DNA of 55,464 bases from a virus (lineage: Duplodnaviria > Caudoviricetes): the IMG/VR virus record IMGVR_UViG_3300029319_008445, positions 1-55,464 of that record. One strand, given 5' to 3'. Below, piece after piece: positions 49,500 to 55,464 of this stretch. Position 1 is the stretch's first letter; the number at the start of each line of letters is the position of its first letter. The notes under the pieces were generated by a model. It did not search any database. It was not told the DNA's origin and worked only from the letters and a program-made list of their open reading frames with translations. Both the position numbers and the translations under genes were made by a program.

Positions 49500-50435
49500 A
49501 TGGCCTTTTTTGATCAAAAAGAAGAAGTATTGGAGATTGAATTAACTCCATATGGTAGGTATCTTTTATCTTTAGGGGAGATGCGACCAGCATTCTATGC
49601 TTTCTTTGATGATGACATAATTTATGATGCAGAATGCATGGGGTATGCAGAGGATCAAAATGAGACAGAACAAAGAATAAAAGAAACTCCACGCACACGC
49701 TGTCAGTCAGTTTTTAGAGATATTGAAGATGATGCTAAAGCTTACCACACAACGGAGCGTGCAAACGAAGGTCAAAAAAAGGCACTACAAAATTATTTTG
49801 AAAGAGAGTATGCTTTAACCTCTGAGCTTGGAATAGCAGATTATTACAGTAACAATGCGCCTTCATGGGATGTTGATCTACTGAAAGGCAACATCAAAAA
49901 TTCTACTTTGAATTATACAGGATCTGGTCCTCGATATCGCATTCCTCAGATAAATTTAAGCGCTTCATCATATGATCGAATTGTTGGTAGCTTAAGTCCT
50001 ACTCTGGGCCCAGAAGTTCCTTTTGATGAGGATTTGAGGACGGTGATAGAATTTGAAACAGACTTTGTTGAAATAAGGCAAGATTTTATTTTGTTAGAAA
50101 TTAATGAAAACAATACAGTTTTTCAAAAAGAAAATTTTGAGATTGAGCTTTTTGAGGTTCGAGATCAGAAAGAAGGAGAGTCTCGCACAAGTGACTTGTT
50201 GGTGCCACTAAAATTTACGGGTCCAAATAAAGATCGTACAGAATATGTAAATTATTATTTTAATTTAGAATTAGACATGGAGATAGAAGAAGAAATGCTC
50301 TGCAAATATAAGGGGGTCGATTCCACAAAGGGGCTATTTATACAGCGCTCGTTAGAATGTACGCCCGATGTACCCAGTGTGTCGACTGATCAATATTCAA
50401 CACGTGTTACTGATGTCGGGGAGGTTTGTGATTAA
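49500..50435 (+). CDS. Hypothetical acidic virion protein
   Basis: 311 aa, LTPYGR...YAFFDDDIIYD N-terminus; structural-module context. Confidence 0.7.
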   Translation: MAFFDQKEEVLEIELTPYGRYLLSLGEMRPAFYAFFDDDIIYDAECMGYAEDQNETEQRIKETPRTRCQSVFRDIEDDAKAYHTTERANEGQKKALQNYFEREYALTSELGIADYYSNNAPSWDVDLLKGNIKNSTLNYTGSGPRYRIPQINLSASSYDRIVGSLSPTLGPEVPFDEDLRTVIEFETDFVEIRQDFILLEINENNTVFQKENFEIELFEVRDQKEGESRTSDLLVPLKFTGPNKDRTEYVNYYFNLELDMEIEEEMLCKYKGVDSTKGLFIQRSLECTPDVPSVSTDQYSTRVTDVGEVCD

Positions 50436-53400
50436 TGGTTCTTAACTATACCCCACCTGTAAAATCAAACCCTGGTGTTCTGTCAAAAACAACTGATCCA
50501 ATACATTTGGCTTTTCCATTAGAGAATAGAGAAGATACAGCTGTTAGTGGTGGGAGTTTGCCTAGTATTTACATACAAAATATTGCACTAGATGTTAACA
50601 AGGTCACTTTAAATCTTTTATTCAAGAAGGTTGCAGCATCCCAACAAGAGGCTATAAATTCGTTAAAATCCTCTCTTCAAGGCGTAGATATTAAAGCTAT
50701 CTTAAGTTATGGAGAAAAACTTTCAAACAACATAACAAACAAGAAAATAAGCTTATCTGTTGATTTTGACAAAAGAGACAACGCCTCTCAGGAATTCTAC
50801 CCTGGAGAAAAAATAATTTCTTCTGATTTCTCATCACAGCGCCTCAACAAGATTACAGACTTTGATGGTGCAGTTCATTATGAGGTACCTTTTTCGATAG
50901 TTTTTACAGATCAGAAGTTACTTAAGAAAGGTAGCCCTAAGCATTTGACTGTTACGGTTTTTTCATTTACCAGAGCCAAGGGGGAGTTTTTGGAAGGTAT
51001 CAAGCCTTATCTCTCTGTTGGCAAACTAACGTCAGAAATTATATATGACAATTTCATGTTACAGGAAAAAAGTAAGATTTTTTACACCGCCGCAGGAAAG
51101 ATATATGCGGGTCCAGTTCAAATGTCTTCTAATGGTTCTGTAATCAAAGCAGGAGCATCCAATTCCTTTGGGGAGGGATTGATCCAAGTCAATATTCCAA
51201 ACGCTAAAATTAAAGACAATAGGATACTAGATGACATAAAATTACTTGAAGATATACCTCTAAGAGAAGATCCGGTCACTGAGCTTCCTGAGTTTTCTAA
51301 TATCTATCTGTCGGTAGATCGTCTTAAAAACACAAGATTTATATTTGGTATTGATTGCAAGACAGTATATTATAAAAACATTAAATTAAATAATTTTGTT
51401 AAAAACGATAGTCTCTATGAGCAATTGATGCAGAAGATGAAGATCAGATCAATGAAGGTGTATAGGATAGAGACTTTCCCCACTAACGACAGAGAGCCAG
51501 AAAAGTCGGAATTAATTATTAGCTCCAAGGATTCTGAACCTCGTAGTTTTGCAAAAAATACTCTTTTTGACGAACAGCAGCGACCAATTGGTTCTGTTCA
51601 AGAAGTATATCTACAAACCTATCTTGACAATAGTAGTGATGTTAGATACTTCTCAGTTGTTGATTATGAAGCCTCTAGGTTGGTAGGCGGGGCCTATTAT
51701 TATAGGATTGAAGTAGAATACGAAGATAAGTCCGAGGAATTGTTTGATATAAAACGCCGCAGCCTTGATAGAACTATAAAAGAAATGAAAGATTATGTTG
51801 TCCAGGCTGAATTAGGTATGAATCATTCTTCAAATAGGTTTGACGAAGATTTCATTAAAACACATATTAATCAAAAAGAAACACTTATCACAAAGAGCTT
51901 AATAACATATTCTGAAAATTTATCAATATTAACTAACGTCACTTTGGTCCAGAAAAGAAAAATATTAAGAAACTTGTTCAATATGATACATCCATCTAGT
52001 GGGAATGTTGATGGGTTGTTGTATTATATTAATTCAATGGAGAAATTGAAGTCAAAACATGAAACGGCCTTAATAAAGTCGGATTTTTTGAGTGGGAGAA
52101 CTGTTACTCATCAAAGCAGTCTTAATCATATTAAAGCCGAGAAGAATGTATTTACCATTACAAAAGATTATAACAAGGCTGAAGAGAGATACAATTCCAG
52201 TTGTGTAGCTAATGTAGGTATTGACTATTTGCATAGAAAGGGACAATCCGTCAAAGAGGAGGGTATTGTCAAAGTTCCTAAAGAAGAATGGAAAAAGAGG
52301 GTAGCTGATGAGGAAACCAAATTTCCAGAGAGCAAGGAAACGCCACCTGAGACTGCACTTATTACAGAGCCTCCACCCCCCATGCTGGCTGCAACTCCAA
52401 TGCCTGCTACAGCGGATCCCGTTGTTCCAGTGACTCCTACAATTACCATAACCACTACCACGACCACTAAGTCTGCTAGAGAGCCAATTTCGCCAACGAC
52501 GACCGCTACACCTTCGGATGTATATACGCCACCAACTGAGTCCGTAGTCATAACTGCCTCTCCTGCACCGCCGGTCGCAAAAGTGCCGCCCCCTGCAATT
52601 CCACCGGTAGAGCCAAATCTAGCCGCAGCATTAACGCCTTCCAAGGCCGCCCCAACACCAACGGAAAGAGACCGTCGTCGCCTTGAGGCAGAGCAAGCGG
52701 AAAAAGAGGCAGCCGAAGCCGCAGCTGCGATGCTGCCGGACTCGGCACCGGTTGCACCCCTAGTTGAGCCACCTCCCAAGAAGAAACCGGACCCCGGAAA
52801 AAGAGCTAGTATGGGTATTCCGAGCGAAACACCGGTCGCTTCTATTGCATCGGCACCAAAGGTCGCTCAAACTAGCGAGATTGAAGAGGTTACAGTAACT
52901 CAAACAGTTATTGAACGTTCGGCAACACCAGACGCCCCGGCAACTAGAACCACGGTGACCAACACTCATACTAATACACCGGCAGCTGCGGGCGGATCTA
53001 GCGGTACCGCATCTCAAATTAAAGCATCCACTGGCGATGCAGGTGCCGCAGCTGGTTCTGCAACCGCCAATTTAAGTTCTTATGTTCCTGGTCTCTCTGC
53101 CGGTAATGAGGGGAAAGAGGTGGCGTCTGCTACTGAAGTGACCCATGAAGTTGTTGCTCCTCCGACCTCAACAAGTGGACGTACTAGTAGACCTACTAGT
53201 GCTTACGAAATGCCACCAGTGGCCGACGAACCAGCGATGCCTGTGGCGCAAGCCGATACATCGTCACCCCGTCGCCGTCGAGTGATGCAGCGTGGAAGGA
53301 CTTCTGTACAAGCAAAACATTATCATGAATTTGTAATTGATGAAAATGGTAATGGTATAGCAAGACAGGCTTGTAATCCGGCTTATCCAAACATTTGCCA

Positions 53401-55075
53401 TGTTCATAAGGTTGTTAACTTTGTTGTCCAGCCGGCTGAGAGTATGTCTGTAGATCCAATTAACGGGGCACCCCCTCACGCGCACTTTCTTAAGGATACG
53501 GGCCGGCCCACCCCTACAGCAAGTATTGGCGGCGAAGAAAAAGTGGTCGCTGCTATTGAGAATACAGAAGAGGGTTCTCGTACCACCCTTTCAGATAGTG
53601 CTTCGCACTTAACTCCGCAAGACATTACTGCAGGAGACACTAGTGTAGATTTGGTGGATGAACCCTCCAGAGAGGAGTACAACAATCTATCCGATACTTT
53701 GGATCTTATAGAAAGTAAACAAGATTTGCCCGAAAAAGGTGTGGTGCCTGAAGATGTTCCTCCTTCCAAGGTTCCAGCACCAGTGGCACCCGAGTCAGGA
53801 GTCACGCTCGAAGACAAACTCGGAACTGTGGAAGATGTGTTTTTAAAAAATGAAGCTTCTCCATTGTCAGACGAAATCGTCGAAGAAATGGCAAAATCTT
53901 TAGATTCAGATATTGGTTCAACCTTTAACGTCGACGCACCAGCAGAGGAGGCCATAGCTGAAGAAACTCCTGAAACACCAGTCGCTGATGTGTTGGGGGA
54001 TAAAACCTCTACAACACCGTCTGCAGTTCAGGAGGAAGATTTAGAAGCCAAATACATTGAAACAATCGTTCCATCTAAGCAGGTTGAAAATGAACGGGAT
54101 TTGAACGCAACTCATCAGGAAGTCTTACAAGAGACTGAGATGAACGATTCGCCGGAACAAACAGAAGACAATGAAAGTAGGCCGGCAGCACAAACGGCAG
54201 ATAGGCCAGTAGATAAGACACAGCAAGCAGCAGCAGAACTGGACACTTCGCAATCCGAAGATCAACCACCAGATACGGGCCGCCGGCGCAAGAAAAAGAA
54301 AAAGGGCCGTGGTCGCGGTCGTGGTAACGATCGGACTGCAACTGTTGATTCTGAAAATCCCCCGCCGAAACAAGTGAAAGGAATATACAGTAATCCCGAT
54401 TTAGATGGAAGTTTTGCCAGTAAAAATCCAGGCAAATTTGTCATAAATCATGAAAATTATGGTGAGTTTAATGTAAAATTTAACTTTATTCAAAGAGTTG
54501 AAGTCTTGACTGGTTTCGGTACTAGCATTACGGACGACAAGTGGCAGCTGCTAACTGAAGATTTATTTGATCAGATAGACGGCGCTGTTCTGACTAGAAT
54601 GAGGCCATATTCAGATTCTAATTTAGGGATTCAGAATAAATTTAGCTGTTCTGTTTATAATGAATACTTCATTATTGGTGGTTCAAAGCCTCGTAGTATG
54701 AGTATGCCAGCAACCGAACAGGTTCGTCAGCTGGTTCTATCGATGAAAAATGATCAAGTGCCCCCGGAATACTCTACATCCATCCTTCCTATGGTGACAC
54801 TAGATTCGTTGAGCGCTACTGACTCGCCTCCGGTAAGAAGGAGAAGGTGTCCACCTGTTCCGGAAGTTACCGACATGACCGGTCCTCCTACTAGCCAGAG
54901 GCCACAGGTATTTGGCGAGATGAGTTACGAGATGGTGCCCAGCACATATGTCCAGGTGGGCACAGTTGATTTGTCTGGTGGTGACACTGATGGTGACACT
55001 GGTAGCGCTGACATTAACACAACCATCGGAAGAGGAGCAAATATGTTTACTGGTCCAAAAGGGAGCAGGCAGTAA
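50435..55075 (+). CDS. Large (1546 aa) protein with a long P/T/A/E-rich disordered insertion
   Basis: Globular-looking N- and C-terminal parts flank about 680 aa of low complexity containing a small HxH-repeat domain and Arg/Lys clusters. Confidence 0.7.
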   Translation: MVLNYTPPVKSNPGVLSKTTDPIHLAFPLENREDTAVSGGSLPSIYIQNIALDVNKVTLNLLFKKVAASQQEAINSLKSSLQGVDIKAILSYGEKLSNNITNKKISLSVDFDKRDNASQEFYPGEKIISSDFSSQRLNKITDFDGAVHYEVPFSIVFTDQKLLKKGSPKHLTVTVFSFTRAKGEFLEGIKPYLSVGKLTSEIIYDNFMLQEKSKIFYTAAGKIYAGPVQMSSNGSVIKAGASNSFGEGLIQVNIPNAKIKDNRILDDIKLLEDIPLREDPVTELPEFSNIYLSVDRLKNTRFIFGIDCKTVYYKNIKLNNFVKNDSLYEQLMQKMKIRSMKVYRIETFPTNDREPEKSELIISSKDSEPRSFAKNTLFDEQQRPIGSVQEVYLQTYLDNSSDVRYFSVVDYEASRLVGGAYYYRIEVEYEDKSEELFDIKRRSLDRTIKEMKDYVVQAELGMNHSSNRFDEDFIKTHINQKETLITKSLITYSENLSILTNVTLVQKRKILRNLFNMIHPSSGNVDGLLYYINSMEKLKSKHETALIKSDFLSGRTVTHQSSLNHIKAEKNVFTITKDYNKAEERYNSSCVANVGIDYLHRKGQSVKEEGIVKVPKEEWKKRVADEETKFPESKETPPETALITEPPPPMLAATPMPATADPVVPVTPTITITTTTTTKSAREPISPTTTATPSDVYTPPTESVVITASPAPPVAKVPPPAIPPVEPNLAAALTPSKAAPTPTERDRRRLEAEQAEKEAAEAAAAMLPDSAPVAPLVEPPPKKKPDPGKRASMGIPSETPVASIASAPKVAQTSEIEEVTVTQTVIERSATPDAPATRTTVTNTHTNTPAAAGGSSGTASQIKASTGDAGAAAGSATANLSSYVPGLSAGNEGKEVASATEVTHEVVAPPTSTSGRTSRPTSAYEMPPVADEPAMPVAQADTSSPRRRRVMQRGRTSVQAKHYHEFVIDENGNGIARQACNPAYPNICHVHKVVNFVVQPAESMSVDPINGAPPHAHFLKDTGRPTPTASIGGEEKVVAAIENTEEGSRTTLSDSASHLTPQDITAGDTSVDLVDEPSREEYNNLSDTLDLIESKQDLPEKGVVPEDVPPSKVPAPVAPESGVTLEDKLGTVEDVFLKNEASPLSDEIVEEMAKSLDSDIGSTFNVDAPAEEAIAEETPETPVADVLGDKTSTTPSAVQEEDLEAKYIETIVPSKQVENERDLNATHQEVLQETEMNDSPEQTEDNESRPAAQTADRPVDKTQQAAAELDTSQSEDQPPDTGRRRKKKKKGRGRGRGNDRTATVDSENPPPKQVKGIYSNPDLDGSFASKNPGKFVINHENYGEFNVKFNFIQRVEVLTGFGTSITDDKWQLLTEDLFDQIDGAVLTRMRPYSDSNLGIQNKFSCSVYNEYFIIGGSKPRSMSMPATEQVRQLVLSMKNDQVPPEYSTSILPMVTLDSLSATDSPPVRRRRCPPVPEVTDMTGPPTSQRPQVFGEMSYEMVPSTYVQVGTVDLSGGDTDGDTGSADINTTIGRGANMFTGPKGSRQ

Positions 55076-55464
55076 ATGGCAATATTGTTTATAATAATTT
55101 TGTTTGTTTTTATGCTTTCCTTGCCGGCTACTCCAATGGTAAAAGTTTTAGACGATAAACTTATGACCCCGGTGCAGTACCTGCAGGCTGCAGAGGGCCG
55201 TTTGCGTACCTCGGACCAGACCCGGGCCACAGTAACAGTGGAAACACCCCCCGAATTGACGACCACAGGCGCCCAACTTGGCACAATAATCAGCACTGAC
55301 GTCGCGGGCCTGGGCCAGATCCTTGGGATACCACCGACGACCGAAGGTACATATACACAACTTGGCACAATGATGCCCCCCGAATACACGACCACAGGGG
55401 CCCAACTTGGCACAGTGGATCTTGTCGGTGCCCGTCGTGATAGGAGACGCAGAAGAAGGGATTC
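55076..55464 (+). CDS. 3'-truncated protein with N-terminal hydrophobic signal/TM and Thr-rich repeats (absent from the ORF track)
   Basis: ATG directly after TAA 55073-75; MAILFIIILFVFMLSLPATP...; frame open to the window end. Confidence 0.7.
   Translation, partial: MAILFIIILFVFMLSLPATPMVKVLDDKLMTPVQYLQAAEGRLRTSDQTRATVTVETPPELTTTGAQLGTIISTDVAGLGQILGIPPTTEGTYTQLGTMMPPEYTTTGAQLGTVDLVGARRDRRRRRRD
55247..55414 (+). repeat. Intragenic direct repeat, 2 x 39 nt (55247-55285, 55376-55414) plus a partial copy at 55358-55371
   Basis: 36/39 identical, 129-nt spacing; encodes PPE(L/Y)TTTGAQLGT. Confidence 0.85.

Larger units (their letters stand above)
1..55464 (+). mobile_element. Segment of a large myovirus-like (jumbo) bacteriophage genome
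   Basis: gp25-like and gp6-like baseplate genes, gp5-like hub/spike, gp55-like sigma, PhoH, solo Cas4-like nuclease and FmdB; dense co-directional genes; no bacterial housekeeping genes. Confidence 0.9.

Noticed and set aside
3305-53935. GTCGAC and CCTAGG palindrome enrichment
   Set aside because: About 13-15 copies each by eye against roughly 7 expected; too modest to claim without computation
493-55413. Minus-strand and nested ORFs in the ORF track (e.g. 33076-33624, 52225-52779, 53476-53955, 54925-55413)
   Set aside because: They are shadows of long + strand genes, carry no recognisable motifs, and several of the longest lie opposite GC-richer low-complexity regions
55247-55414. CRISPR mini-array
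   Set aside because: Repeats are in-frame coding (129-nt period) and non-palindromic, with only two full copies
1-55464. Stop-codon reassignment, as in some jumbo phages
   Set aside because: Genes are full length in the standard code, and TAA, TAG and TGA all end genes at tight junctions
52320-55464. Eukaryotic giant virus with nuclear localisation signals
   Set aside because: Basic clusters look NLS-like, but SD sites, overlapping operonic genes, a sigma70 promoter and a peptidoglycan amidase point to a bacterial host
1-55464. tRNAs, introns, inteins, intrinsic terminators
   Set aside because: Intergenic gaps are under about 80 nt, and no cloverleaf, splicing motif or GC hairpin with U-tract was recognised by eye

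Overview
This 55.5-kb window is a segment of a large (jumbo-type) contractile-tailed phage. It is roughly 37-38% GC by eye, all credible genes lie on the + strand, they are tightly packed and they use the standard code. Gene order: (1) PIN-PhoH, an HExxH peptidase-like gene and a solo Cas4-like nuclease. (2) A ~21-kb glycan biosynthesis island with about 9 glycosyltransferase genes, a short UDP-sugar dehydrogenase, a NodU carbamoyltransferase, a DegT aminotransferase, an RfbH-type 3-dehydrase, RmlB, three further SDR epimerases/reductases, a methyltransferase, a transaldolase and a nucleotidyltransferase-HAD-kinase triple fusion. It has no flippase, polymerase or membrane initiator. (3) An FmdB zinc ribbon and a gp55-like late sigma factor. 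(4) A baseplate/tail module: a gp5-like hub with an amidase domain, a spike, gp25, gp6, a 3268-aa gp7-like/LamG protein and other giant proteins. Leading hypothesis (inference): a phage-encoded cytoplasmic virion-glycosylation system, because two adjacent structural proteins are heavily enriched in a sequon-like [S/T]-[G/A/S]-S tripeptide. Also notable: about 10-fold over-representation of the palindrome GCCGGC, a candidate late-promoter motif CTA(A/T)TTA, and signal-peptide-bearing mucin-like proteins inside the tail module. All calls come from motif recognition and manual counting; no database searches were run.
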